64,000 nucleotides of DNA from Camelus ferus (Eukaryota). Below are positions 35,075-47,350 of this stretch, in pieces. Below the pieces are notes generated by a model. The model worked only from the letters and a program-made list of their open reading frames with translations, was not told the DNA's origin and ran no database searches. How positions within the stretch are numbered: the first letter of the stretch is position 1; each line of letters begins with the position of its first letter. The stretch lies in NCBI RefSeq assembly GCF_009834535.1, contig NC_045698.1:101246001-101310000 (forward strand). Reading direction: 5' to 3'. The position numbers were made by a program, and so were the translations under genes.

Positions 35075-35745
35075 TACTTACTCATGTGATAGTTGAGTGC
35101 CTACTGTGTGCCAGGTAGTACACTAAGTGCCGTGTACAGATGGTGAAGATAAAGCCGAATGACCTTTTGTCTTCGGGAATTCAGAGAAGGAAGAAGATAT
35201 TAAATAAACATGTAAATAGCTATATAATTATAAATTTATACTTAAAAGTAGATGAGGTGCTGTGGAGTAAAAACTGTAAGGTCCGTGAGAAAGAAAAGAT
35301 GGAGAGTGAAAGCTTGATGTTGAAGGAAGGAGTCTCAGGGAGGCCACGTCAGGAACGGCAGAAGGATGCAGAGGGGATGGCATAGAGCAGGCGTCATAAA
35401 TTTAGAAAACTTAAAGAAAACCAGCGTGGCTGTGAGCGAGCCTGGTGGTGAAAGCGCTTTGACGGGGTCACATGGTGGATGGAAGGATGTGATCGGGGTC
35501 AGGTCACGCAGAGCCTTACGACCCATGGTTAAGGTGCTCAGTCTCACTGTAAGTTCAGTGCAAGCCACTAAAGGGTACTGAAGCATGAGACTGGCAGGAC
35601 GACTAGATTTAATGTTTTTTCGAAGAAACCTCCACTTTCTCTGGATGCCGTGTGGACAGGTTAGAGGTGAACGTATGTGGGAACAGGTGGACTGAATGAG
35701 ACCTTGTTGCAGTCTCTGGGCAGGAGAGGGGGATGATTGTGGTCG
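35075..35745 (-). mobile_element. L2 LINE fragment
   Basis: GTTGAGTGCCTACTGTGTGCCAGG...GGTCAGGTCACGCAGAGCCTTACGACCCATGGTTAAGG...GCAAGCCACTAAAGGG. Confidence 0.7.
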
Positions 35746-35989
35746 TCCTCAGTGCTGTTTACCACCTGCTTCTGGCTCTCTTTTTTTTTTTTTTCTGAGA
35801 ACACATTAAGAGTTCATTCCTCAACTCCTTTTAAAGTTAGGTTGTAAACTTTTAAAAACTTACATTGGTCAATGAAACTGAAAAGTAACTTGTTTCACTT
35901 CCTTTGACAGAAAATTTAAGAGCAAACGTGTGATTTTCTGTTTTCCCTTTCTCCTTGATGTTCCTGGAAACGCATATCCAAGGAGAGGA

Positions 35990-36160
35990 GCTTCCATCAG
36001 TGTGGACCCCCGTGTGACTGATTCATAGAGCCCCTCTGCTGAGTAACACTGGGTATAGTGTGAGGGAAGTGTACATCTTTGTTGTGTGTGGGACCACTGA
36101 GAGTTGGGGGTTGTTTGTTACTGCAGCAGAAAGTGTCTTGACCGGTCCTATGCTTACACA
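35990..36160 (+). mobile_element. Old MLT1 (H-K-like) 3' fragment
   Basis: GGACCACTGAGAGTTGGGGGTTGTTTGTTACTGCAGCA. Confidence 0.5.
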
Positions 36161-36639
36161 TAAGCACACTGATGAATTTTCAAATAAACTTGCCATTTTT
36201 ACAAGTATGTTTACACTATAATGAATGACCCTTTTGAATTCTTTTGGTAGAATTATAGTTCATCTTTGTTGTACTTGTTTTATATTCTGATTCAGATCAA
36301 TATTCTTGCAACATTAGTTAGCGAAATGCATCAATATCCTAGTCTTTTAAGGAGGACATTTTCAAAACTTTCATAATTGTTTTAGTTACTTCCTTTTACC
36401 CATTATCATTTGTATATCACTCAAAACAGAGATGGAGTTGAACAGCAGAACATATGGGAGGTGTGAATCATGTTCTTTAATTTGTTTTTTTAAATGGTGA
36501 ATTTGAATGTTTCTCTCTGTGAGTATTATTAAGACTGTTCTTATATGAAGTGTTTCGATTCCTGTCATTCCCACTCAACCTGGGCAACACGTATAATTCG
36601 GGAGATTCAGATATCTGTTATTAGTCTCATGTGCCTATT

Positions 36640-36775
36640 TAATGTGTATGTATATATGCATATACACAAACAAATACATATATACACACACATATTTATG
36701 TATGTATATGTCTGTGTATGTATAAAGTATATCTATATATAAAACATATAGATGCATTTGGGTGTGTATATATAA
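36640..36775. repeat. (TA)/(TG)/(CA) low-complexity repeat
   Basis: Directly visible. Confidence 0.8.
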
Positions 36776-37703
36776 AAGCCAAACTGGTTCTTCCTTGCCA
36801 CCTGCACACCTGTTTCTCACCCACGTCCCACCCGTGCCATAGGAGAGAGCAGCCTGTGTGTTTAAAGCATCGGCCCATGCCTAGCAGCCTGCGTTCTGGG
36901 GGCTGAACGGCCTGCAGGCTGCAGCAGGCACAGGAGGAGTTAACTGCCTGCTTTATTTTGTTGGGAGAGGCAGCTTTCATTTCATATTGATTTTCTGCGT
37001 TCTCTGTGCCAATTTGCGACAGCTTGTTTCACAGCCCCACATTTGTTTAAAGCTCTCTAACAGACTGATTCTATTTTTTTTCCCCATGATTTTTTTCTTA
37101 ACTTAGGAGAACATGGCTTCGCACGTGGTCGGGAACCCAGATAAGCCTCTCTCTCTCTCTGGAGACTGTGATTGGCAGTTCCCCCTGTCGTGCAGATGTG
37201 CAATGAGGAAGGCTAATTTTCCCATCGACTTTCTAGTTTCTATTACTATCTGTCATTTCACATTGGTGCTCATTACAGCCATCTTCTTGCCAGATGGAAA
37301 TCTGCCTACTCACTGGGTGTCTATTTTCTGCCACTCATGGATCATGACAATGTCAGACAATATGTCAGTAAACTCCCTTCAATATCCTGTTTTTGCACTA
37401 AATGGGTTGGTGGCATTATGTAAAATGCTTGATGTTGGTAGGCAATTACCTTCATGTTTTATGTGAGCAAAGAAGAGGCGAGGCCAGGAAATTCAGTTTC
37501 CTCGAGAAAAGTCGCCCAGGGTAACAGAAGAGAAGGGTGGTGTTGGCAACACAAACGAATCATTTTGCATCCATCGCTGTTCTCTGAAAACTGAACTGGA
37601 GGGGCTGATGGCCCAAGAACAGATAAAGTGCTGCGCTAACACTAGAAGTTCCTATTCTTGAGGAGATGACAGCTCCTCGCTGGAAACCAGGCTGGGCTTA
37701 GAC

Positions 37704-37890
37704 CAGCAATTCTCAAAGTGCCGTCCTGGGCCAGAAGCATCAGCATCGCCTGGGAAGTCCTTAGAAATGCACATTCTCAGGCCCCTCCAAAGTCCTACTG
37801 AATCAGAATATCTGGGGGCGGAGCCCAGAAATCCGTGTTCTATGAAGCCCGAGGGTGATTCTGATGTTTGCTGAAGTTTGAGAACCACAG
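37704..37890 (+). mobile_element. MER5A hAT-Charlie MITE (full length)
   Basis: TIRs CAGCAATTCTCAAA / TTTGAGAACCACAG; internal GCATCAGCATCGCCTGGGAAG...TTAGAAATGCACATTCTCAGGCCCC...CCTACTGAATCAGAA. Confidence 0.88.
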
Positions 37891-38497
37891 ACGTAAAGTA
37901 GGTGTGGGAGTGTTATTTAATTGGATTGAAAACCCAGAGAGTTGTTTCAATTATCTGTTTACTTTTTCATGGATAGGATGGGGAGGGGATGTTTCTGTAG
38001 CTGATATATGGAACTAAATGACATGGAATGTAATCAAATAGCAAGTTTATTTTTGTTTTCCGAGCTTCGTTTAAGATTTATTTACTGAAAGAGGGTCCTC
38101 CCTGTGGAAAGTTCCTGGTCGCCCTCTCAGGCATGCTGAGGCAATAAAAGTCTCACAGACATTTTAATGGTAAATGGGTCACCATGCCGTCCCCTCTGCA
38201 CCGCAGCCCTGCTAGCTGCAGGGGGAACCTCACTCACACTCTACCTGTTCAGTCCTTCCACTCCTTGCTTACATCCTTACACTCTGGCAGTTCCCTTCCC
38301 AGTATCTCCCTGGGTTGTCCATTTGGGAAGAAATCAAGCAGTTCTAGGCTGGCTTTCTCTTCCTAACATGGTCCTAAATCTGGACCATGGGAAACCCTCA
38401 AGCATCTTTGCCTAACAGCTGGGGTCAAGTAGACTGACTGCAGTGCAGCAACCACTCTCCAGGCTCTGCCACCTGAGATGTCCTTCAGCTTCTAGAT

Positions 38498-38702
38498 CAG
38501 GCACCGCTAAACTGTGGTCTGTGGGCCAGCCCTGTCCTGCTGCCTTTTTGTTGAAATAAAGTTTTATCAGAACACAGCCATATCCATTCTTTTATGTATA
38601 ACCTATGGTTGCTTTTGCACTACTACGGGACTAGATTACATGGGTCACAAACCTAGAATACTTACAGTCTCGCTCTTTGCAGAAAGAGGTTGCCAATCCC
38701 TG
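38498..38702 (+). mobile_element. MER58A hAT-Charlie MITE with perfect 8-bp TSD
   Basis: AAATAAAGTTTTATCAGAACACAGCCA...TTTGCAGAAAGAGGTTGCCAATCCCTG. TTCTAGAT at 38490-38497 and 38703-38710. Confidence 0.88.
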
Positions 38703-40442
38703 TTCTAGATTTCTGGGGGTAGGGGAAGGGAAGAAAGAGGGGAAGGAAACAGGAGGAGGACATGGGAAGTCAGACCCCAGTCCACTTTGCCTCTCAAACT
38801 CCAGGGATTTTTTAAGTTCTCTAGGTGTTTTCCTTGAAGCTCTCCTACCTACCCCTCCCTTACCTTTAAGGAAAGGAGGTGGCCCCAAGACAGACGCTTT
38901 ATCTGAGAAATCCCTCCACAAGTCCTCTTTTTATTTTCCAGCTCCCAGCACCTTTGTTCCCTTGATGAAAGTGAGTCATGAAGCTGGTCTTAGCCACACC
39001 TTTTGAAAACACACTGTTTGATTCAGTACCTTATTTTGGTGTCAGATGCTTATCCCTGAGGTCCTTGGCCAAAATGTATGATTTTACATCCAATGACATT
39101 TGTGTTTAAATAGTTAAATAAAATTCAGATGACATACGTAGATCTTGATTTGGAAGAGATGTAGTGAAGTTATTTGTGGACTAAATTACAACTTAACTGA
39201 TATTTCCGTGCAGGGTTGATAATTGGGGCTCAGAGGCTCAGTTTCAGAGCTAAGCACAGAGGTTTTCTGAGATTGTTTACTGATGAATTGCCCAAACAAT
39301 ACATCTTAGTCACTTCTCAGATCTACATCTGGTCTTCTGACGAAATCTAACATTGCAAATCAAAAAAACTCAACCATTGCTCTGCCTTTCAAACAGGCTC
39401 AAGGTAGGTTTCATGCGGATCAGTGATCCTCCATGTCAGAGAAAGATCAGCCTGCTTTCCAGTTTCTGAGATGCAAACTGACTTCTAACATCTTCCAGTC
39501 AAGTACTCTATTATTTACACACTTTTATTTTTAGCATTGTTGGATTCACTTTACAGAAGTACTTGTCTCGCATTATTCTGGAAATGATGGAGACGCAGAT
39601 GAAACAGTCCACGAAAAGGAATCTACCCCCATACTAGTAGGGAGAAAATGTCTCAGATTCCCCTTGAGATAATTCACAGAAGTAAAAGGACCGTGTGAAT
39701 GGAACGTGTCACACGAGGCCTTGCAGCCCAGAGCTCACTCTGGCAACTGGTTGCATCACTGTTGTAGGTGAGCTGGTTTCATGAAAAAGTAATCAAAATA
39801 GCTGAGCCATGGAACCATGGTTTTGATTATCTTGTACTCTTAATACCCAAATCCAAGAGCTACGTGGTGAACTTACTGACGGGGTGTCCTGCCTGCACGG
39901 AATTCCCGCAGCAAAACCCATCAACTGTATTTTGCTCACCTTTTCATTTTCTGGTAGTGACTAGGTGTTTTGCTAATTTATAGCCTTACAAAAGATTAGG
40001 TAATGTGTTTACTGCTATTTTCCATATTTATATTGGAATAGAGACAACATGTCAGATTGTAAAGGAAAGAGCTGCCTGTATCTGTTAGTACACTTTAAAC
40101 ATTTCTATTAAATCCTGTTTTTCCCCAGTCTTCTTATGTTTCTGTCTAGTCTGATTTATTTCAGCCTGACATGATTTTGAGCTCATGCTAATCTCCAGAG
40201 TCAGAGTACCACGCAGATTGTTAGGAGGAAGCCAGCATTGTCTTTACTTCATGGCTAATTCCCCATTAAGTCCTTTCAGCATGAGCTCTAAAAATATTAG
40301 TTATCTTATACCTCGAGTGGTTTTTTTAAAATGTATTCACAAGTTTTGAAGCTTGACTGGATGTGAAAATGCTTATTTCTATAAAAAGACTTAGAGAAGT
40401 TAATACAAATAAGCTCCTGGTATGAATACTTTTGAATATATT

Positions 40443-40444
<2 letters not shown>

Positions 40445-40508
<64 letters not shown>
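40445..40508. repeat. (AC)16 AG (AC)15 microsatellite
   Basis: Counted directly. Confidence 0.97.
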
Positions 40509-40510
<2 letters not shown>

Positions 40511-42351
40511 CCATGCACACATTTATACAAATTCACCCCAGAGAGAGACTCCAGTACTGATTTCCCTGTTTTAGCTATGTATTGGTACTATTTTTTCCCC
40601 AGAATATTTTTATTTCTTCAAGATTCAGGAAAGGCCTGCAATATAAAACCATGTATTTTTTTGTTTATTTGTATAGTTCAGTAATTCCTTCTATTTATAT
40701 CCTATACTCCATAACTTTTTCAAAACTCCTTGCTGAAATCATGAGATTCTCAGTTGGTCCCTGTGATTTTAAAGTCCCTGATGAGCATCTCTCCTGTAGG
40801 TATCAGAGAGAAACGGCAGCAAGTCTGCTAATGCAGGGGAGTGGGGCGCTGGTGTGTGTTCTCTGGAAGCAGTGCTGACCGAACTCCTACTACGTGCGGA
40901 GCATGCTGCCGGGCGCTGGGGGGCATCTAAAGATCAAAGCGATACCGGTTCTGTGCATATGGAGCCTTAGGAACACTCACGACCTAGATGTACTGTCTTA
41001 TCAGAGTTATCTAACTTAGGAGATGATTCACACAAAATTGTGTTGTGCCCTCAAGTTATCTAAGTCATTGCTATTTTCTCCGTTCTCTGAGTTAAAAGCA
41101 GCTCACTATTAACTGGAAGTTTTTTTCTCCTGAATTTTCTTTTGTGGTAGAATTTAATGTTAGTGCAAAATTAGAACATAATTTTTTTTATAGACAGTAT
41201 CTAGGTTTCTCTGGCTTTTGTAATTTGTTCTTACTGATTATGTCTAAATAGAATTCATTTTCAGTGAGCGAAGGGGTCATGTTTTACCTTTGGGGGGGTT
41301 GCCATATTAATTACTAGGCTACAGGGTTGAAGTGCAGTCATTTGAATAGATGATGAAAATATATAGACACTTTCCTCATGCTGGAAACCTTATTGAAATG
41401 TTGAAAATATGCTTCATTGATAACCAGTCCAGTCCATGAATCTTCACTAGTCCGACTGATAAATCAGATGGACAAACAGCGTCTCATGCATAGAAATGAG
41501 TTTCCTGTGAATACAGCAGCAATTATTACAACATTCTTACACTCATTTTGTGTTCTCATCCTCTGCCTTTCTTTGAGCACCAGCAATTTTACTGCAGTTG
41601 CGTATTTTCTAAATTTCCACACGAGGAGAGATGTCAGGTTGATTCTATCTCTGATAGCAGAGATGCGAACTAAGGAGTCTGGGGTGCTGGAACTTCTCCT
41701 TTGAGGGTTTGTAAATCTGAGTCTAAATCCTTTCCTTTCCCTTGTGCTGCTCCCATTTTCCCCATTCATAAAACCAGAGTCATAAAAGAGACCCAGCTGT
41801 GACCTCGGTGTCTCTTTACTTTCGGTATTTTTATTTTTTAAATACTGTGATTGTATTCTGCGCTTGATACAGTTTCACCCTTGGCTTTTAACAAGAAGGA
41901 TTTCAGCTCCTGTTTCAAGCAGGGAAAGACAGTTTGGCTAAATCAGGATAGAATTCTTGAGGGATAGGTGTGCCTGCGGTGAAGAAGGGAGAGCAGTTGT
42001 GTGTGTGGGAGGGGGGAGCTTCTTGAGAGATGCTTACACATTGGACTCAGTAGGTGTGATATCCTTACTGATTTGGAACAAGGAAGGGGTCCAGAGCCTG
42101 AGAGGGAGGAAGGAGGTGACCGGGGTAGAACTCTCCAGCAGCCCATCAGGTGGAGTTCCGAAGCACAGTCCCGGTATCAGTACGTCTTGTCCAGGACACA
42201 GCTGCAGGGAACCTCCCGCCACACGAACCCTTGTGTAGCACATCAGCGTGCTTGTCTGGTTTTACTGCAGGGAACAGAAATGTGGGGTGAACAGCAGTAG
42301 ATTTTAATGATCTAATGAATAGCAGTATTACAGCTAGCGGGAACCTTAGGA

Positions 42352-42860
42352 ATCATTCATTCAGCACCCTCTATGTGCCAGGCACTGTTTTAGGTGCTGA
42401 GGATTCAGTGATGGGCAAGGCAGATAAGGTCCCTACCTATGTGGATCTTACAGTCTAAAGGAAGGAGGCAAGCAATAAAAATATAAATAAATATCAAGAA
42501 AATATTGGATATTGATAAATACTATAAAGAAAATAAAACAAGATTATATAATAGTAATTGAGTGACAGCTTTGTTTTGAATGGTTGGAAGAGACCTCTCT
42601 GGGTGGAGGCATTTGATCTGAGAGCTGTGGAGGAGAAGGCGCCAGTGATGTGAAAATTTGAGGGGAGAGTTTTTCCAGGCAGAGGGAGCAACTGCTGCAA
42701 AGGCAATGAGCTGTGAAAAAAGCTTTACGTGTTTGGGAACAGAGAAAGGACCAGTGTGGTTCGGGCAGAGAGAGACAAGGGAAGAGAGGTTGCCCAAAGT
42801 TTGGAACACTAGGTAGGGGCCTATCTTGAGATCTTGTAGACCAAGGTCAAGATCTAGTGT
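42352..42860 (-). mobile_element. L2a-like LINE 3' portion
   Basis: CATTCATTCAGCACCCTCTATGTGCCAGGCACTGTTTTAGGTGCTGAGGAT...TTCCAGGCAGAGGGAGCAAC...TGCAAAGGC. Confidence 0.8.
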
Positions 42861-43569
42861 GACTCCCTCCTCTTAAAGGCAAAGGAGTTCAAGCTCAAAG
42901 AGGCAGAATGACTTGACCAAGGGAGGTGGTGGCAGCCTGGGCCCTGAGGGCTGCTCTGACCACTACATCTCACTCACACTCCCGCCGAGGGTAGGGTTCA
43001 CTTCAACTCTTACATTGCACATTGATTTTCATGTCTTGATGAGGGGCTATTGCACCAATCATGTGGAATTCTTAGCAGCAATATTGATAACAAATGAAGT
43101 GAGAGTGTGCGCAGAAGAAAGGGAAATACTGCCATATAGCATTGTCTCCTTCATTCCAAGGAGCGTAGGATTATACTTCTTATGTTTGACTGAAGCTCAC
43201 ATAGAACGGACAGACGGAAGTGCAGGCACACAAAGCATCCTGTGTGAGAGAAAGTAAAGTCATTCCAATCGTACTTCTCATTTGTTTCCGTAGAACTCAG
43301 ACCTAGCTGGTGGACCCTGAGGAATCTCTAGCCATCTTGAGCCCACCAACAACATTAAAAAGTGGGGCTTCCTGGGAACTTTGCAGAGAGATGGATGTTT
43401 GCAATATTAGCATTACTTTGGGGCAGCAAAAATGTGTCTAGCTCACCTTTACCATCTATCCATCCATTCAGATACTGACTCAGTCGTGGCCACTTACCAA
43501 GAAGGAACTTCTGTGCAGAACATCTTGCTGAATTCTCCAGGAGTCCACAAAACAGAGCCATCACTGCCC

Positions 43570-43700
43570 AGAGTTACATCTGTATCTTGCAGATGCGGAC
43601 ACAAGCTCAGTGAGGCGCAGTGAATTAACTCAACTTAACACAGCTGATAGGTGACAGAACTGGGGTCTGGATCCAAGCGTATCCGACTCCTCTGTTGTTC
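43570..43700 (-). mobile_element. MIR fragment
   Basis: TTGCAGATGCGGACACAAGCTCAGTGAGG...ACACAGCTGATAGGTGACAGAACTGGG. Confidence 0.6.
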
Positions 43701-44224
43701 ATTGCTCAAGTGTTTGTGGAGCACCTCTAGCCCAAGGATGATGTTAGTCCTGAGAGCAGAAGCGAGACACCAGACATGGTGGCCTCACAGAGCTTGTGGT
43801 CTGTACTGGACAGCCTTCCAGTGTCTCACAAGCAGCCCACAGAAAGGGAGACGGGAGGATGATCTTCTCATTCAATTTTCAGAAGAGCCAAACTTTGGTC
43901 AGCTTGGTGCACAAGCCAGAATCTCCTGGCACATGCATTGCCCAAGGCTGTTACTCTGCGTCTGCCAGTTGGATACTGGCACCATTCATTCTTCAGAGTG
44001 TTTGGAAGAGGCTTTGCTGCGTTGATTGATTATCTCACAATGGCATTTGTGGCAGGAAGATGTATACTTGGCCTCTGTTTTGCTGCCTCCCCTTAGGTGG
44101 CCAGGTAAAGAGTGGCGGTCATTTTTGCATGAACGTAAATGACAAGGGTGGCCCTTCTGCAGCATTTGTAGACCAAGTTTTACGTGAGGCCATCTTTCTG
44201 ACTGCAGATGGGTGGGAGAGGACT

Positions 44225-44460
44225 AGGGCTTAGTGATGAAGAAAAATAGAAGTCTTAAGAGTCAGATTGGTCTGGGTTCAAAGTCCGAGTCTACTAATTA
44301 CTAGCTACAAATTACTTAATGTTCCTTGACCTCAATTTTCCCAGCTTTTTATTAGGAATTACAAGCGTACCTACTGCAAAAGGTTGTTTTGAAGAGCTCA
44401 TGAGATGACCCCTTGAGAGGGTTTGGCTGAGTGGTGAAACTAAGTTGTTGCAGGCTAGCG
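44225..44460 (+). mobile_element. MIR SINE
   Basis: AGAGTCAGATTGGTCTGGGTTCAAAGTCC...TTACTAGCTACAAATTACTTAA...GACCTCAATTTTCCC. Confidence 0.65.
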
Positions 44461-44953
44461 GCATAATTCTGGTGGTCACGTTTTACCAAGTACTCATTTT
44501 CGCTTTGCTAAGGGAGCTACAGCCCCAAGTATTAATGGAAAACAAAATATAAAATTCTAGTTTTTAAAATCACCTGGTGTGTTTATTTTCTATTCCTGCG
44601 GTGGCAAATTACCATCAGTGCAGTGGCTTAAAACAAAGCAAATGTATTCTATTACAGTTCTGGAGGTCAGAGTCTGACAGAGTCTTAAGGGGTTAAAATC
44701 AAGGTCCATTCTGGAGGCTTCAGGGGAGACCTTCCTTGCCTCTTCCAGGTTTGGGGGCTGCCAGCATTCCTTGGCTTGTGGCTCAATCACTCTCATCTCT
44801 GCCTTTGTGATCAAATAGCCTTCTCCTCTCTGACCTCTGACCCTCCTGTCTTCCTTTTTTATGGACTCTTATGATTACATTGGGCACACCTGCATAACCC
44901 AGGAAAATCTGCCCATCTCAATATCCTTATTCACATCTGAAGTCTTCACAGCA

Positions 44954-45424
44954 TACTATGGGTTAAATTGTGTCTCTTAAAAAGATACGCTGAAGTCCTA
45001 ATCCCTGGTACCACTGAATATGACCTTATTTGGAAATAAGGTCTTTACAAGTTAAAATGAGGTCATGCTGGATGAGGGTGGACCCTAACCCAGTGACTGT
45101 TGCCTTTGTATGACAAGGAGGTTTTGGACACAGACACCGAGAACAGAACACCATGTGAAGACACAGAGACTGAAATGACATGCAGGGAGAACACCCTGTG
45201 ACAGCGGAGGCAGAGATTGGAGTCATGTGTCTACATGCCAAGGAAGGCCAAGGGCTGTATCGTCAGCAACCTCTGGAAGCTAAGAGAGGAGCACAGAGAA
45301 GACTGTCTCTCTAAGCCTCTGAAAAGAAACCACTCCACTGACACCTCGGCTTTTCGCTTCTGGCCTCCAGAACTGGGAGAATAAGTTCCCCGTTTCTGGT
45401 CGCCTGTTACAGTAGCCCTAGGAA
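44954..45424 (+). mobile_element. MLT1C-like LTR nested in MLT1D
   Basis: TACTATGGGTTAAATTGTGTC...GACCTTATTTGGAAATAAGGTCTTT...GGAGGCAGAGATTGGAGTCATG...TGGCCTCCAGAACTGGGAGA...GTAGCCCTAGGAA. Confidence 0.8.
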
Positions 45425-45476
45425 GGTGTAAGGTGACATATTCATAGATTCTGGGAATTAGGACATAGACATCTTT

Positions 45477-45993
45477 TTTTTTCATTGAAGTGTCATCAGT
45501 TTACAATGTTGGGTCAGTTTTTGGTGTGCAGCACAATGCTTCAGTCATACATATACATACATATATTTATTTTCATATTCTTTTTAATTTTAGATCACTA
45601 CAAGCTATTGAATGTAGCTCCCTGTGCTATACAGTATAAACTTGTTGTTTATCTGCTTTACATATAGTTGCTAGTATCTGCAAATCTCAAACTCCTAGTT
45701 TATCCCTTCCCACCTCCTTTCCCCCCGAACCATAAGTTTGTTTTCTATATCTGAGTCTGTTTCTATTTTGTAAATAAATTCATTTGTATCTTTTTTTTTT
45801 TTTTTTTTTTTTTTTTAGATTTCACATATAGGTGGTATCATAAGGTATTTTTCTTTCTTTCTGGCTTACTTCACTTAGAATGACAATCTCCAGGTTCATC
45901 CATGTTGCTGCAAATGGCATTATTTTATTTTTTTATGGCTGAGCAAAATTCCATTGTATAAATATACAACAGCTTCTTTATCCAGTCATCTGT
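45477..45993 (-). mobile_element. 5'-truncated L1 3' end nested in MLT1D, perfect 18-bp TSD
   Basis: L1 3' UTR motifs (CCATGTTGCTGCAAATGGCATT, CTTCTTTATCCAGTCATCTG). TAGGACATAGACATCTTT at 45459-45476 and 46012-46029. Confidence 0.92.
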
Positions 45994-47179
45994 TTTTTTT
46001 TTTTTCTTTAATAGGACATAGACATCTTTGAGGGACCATTATGCAGCCCACCTCCCACACATATTGCTCGGTCTTCCCTCCCCCAGTCCCTTAATGTAGG
46101 ACTCTCTGGTAAGGAGTACCGAGGTACAAGTTGTAGTTCTGGAAATGAGGGAACCTAAGGCTTCCTAAAAGCCCACACTGACTCTGAGTTGGTAGAGCGA
46201 ACTCAGGGTCCACTTACCCCACCATGTGCATGTGCAGTGAGCTCAGAGTGCGAGGCAGGGGCTGGGGCTGGGAGGTGGGCCTTGGGCACCCCCGCTCCGC
46301 CCCAGGACCTTACTGCATGGGATGTCCCCTGGAAGGGCAGAGAGTAAAACCCAATCTTTAATGGACAGCACTCTCATGCACCATTTAAAAACAGCTTGAA
46401 AAATGTCTTAGGCTCTACTGGATCCATTTAAAAACAACACTTCTTTCTGGGGAAAGAGAGTTTGAAGATGGAAAAAAGAGTTTGGAAACTTTCAATATAA
46501 CAATCCCATCACCTGTTAGAAGAAGGGAAGGGGTGCTGTGCCCGCAGCTGGATCCTGCCTTCCCCACACTAGATGGTCGGCTCTCTGGCTGTCCTTCATA
46601 CTCAGTCGATACTTTCCCTCTGTCAATTTGGAGAAGATGTATATTCTGATAATGGGGGATATTCCTCAACCATAATTTGTGCATGGTCTCTTGTTCCCTA
46701 TTTGTGTCACAAGAATACTAAGACTGTGACACATCTGAGTTGGCAGATGTGGACATGCTTTGGAAAGAGAAAAGCAGAAATGTACAATTACAGAGGAAAA
46801 CTGAGTAGGCAAACCTCTCGGCCTTATTTTTTGTTGAGAGTCCAGAACAGGGAACTGGGCATCGTGACATACTGGGAGTGTTCTATTATGAGTCCGGCTA
46901 TGCTAGAGAGGTGACAGATTTGCTTGGGGGTCATTTTGTTGGTGGGGAAACTTTCACTCGAGACAGAGGGAGGGATGTCTTCCTGGTCCCGCATCCCATC
47001 TAAACAGCTGGATGCAGAGCGTTTCAAGGCTGCACTGCTCTCCGCTTCAGCAGATGCAGAGCTGGCCGGAACACAGAGTACTGTCAGGGAATTCCGGCAC
47101 TTGGCTTCCATTCTCTGACAGGAACAAATTAAGCCAGATCTTTCTTGTATCATGAGTGGAGTTCAGAGTGTACAGTGAT

Positions 47180-47350
47180 GGTAACAACAATACCGTGTGC
47201 TAACAGGTGCCCTCTTAACCACCTGACACTGTTATTTCCTTACGGAGAAACTCAAGTGAAGCGATTTGTCCAAGATTACCAGTATTAAAAGACCAAAGTG
47301 AGGCTTTGAGCCTAGGACTTTCTCACTCCAAAGGCCAAGGTTTAAACTAT
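47180..47350 (-). mobile_element. MIR fragment
   Basis: TTACGGAGAAACTCAAGTGAAGCGATTTGTCCAAGATTAC...TTTGAGCCTAGGACTTTCTCACTCCAAAG. Confidence 0.5.

Larger units (their letters stand above)
44578..46052 (-). mobile_element. MLT1D-like LTR split in three by later insertions (44578-44953, 45425-45476, 46012-46052)
   Basis: The consensus run ...TCACATCTG..AAGTC / GTAAGGTGACATATTCATAG...TAGGACATAGACATCTTT / GAGGGACCATTATGCAGCCCACC resumes across both inserts. Confidence 0.8.
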
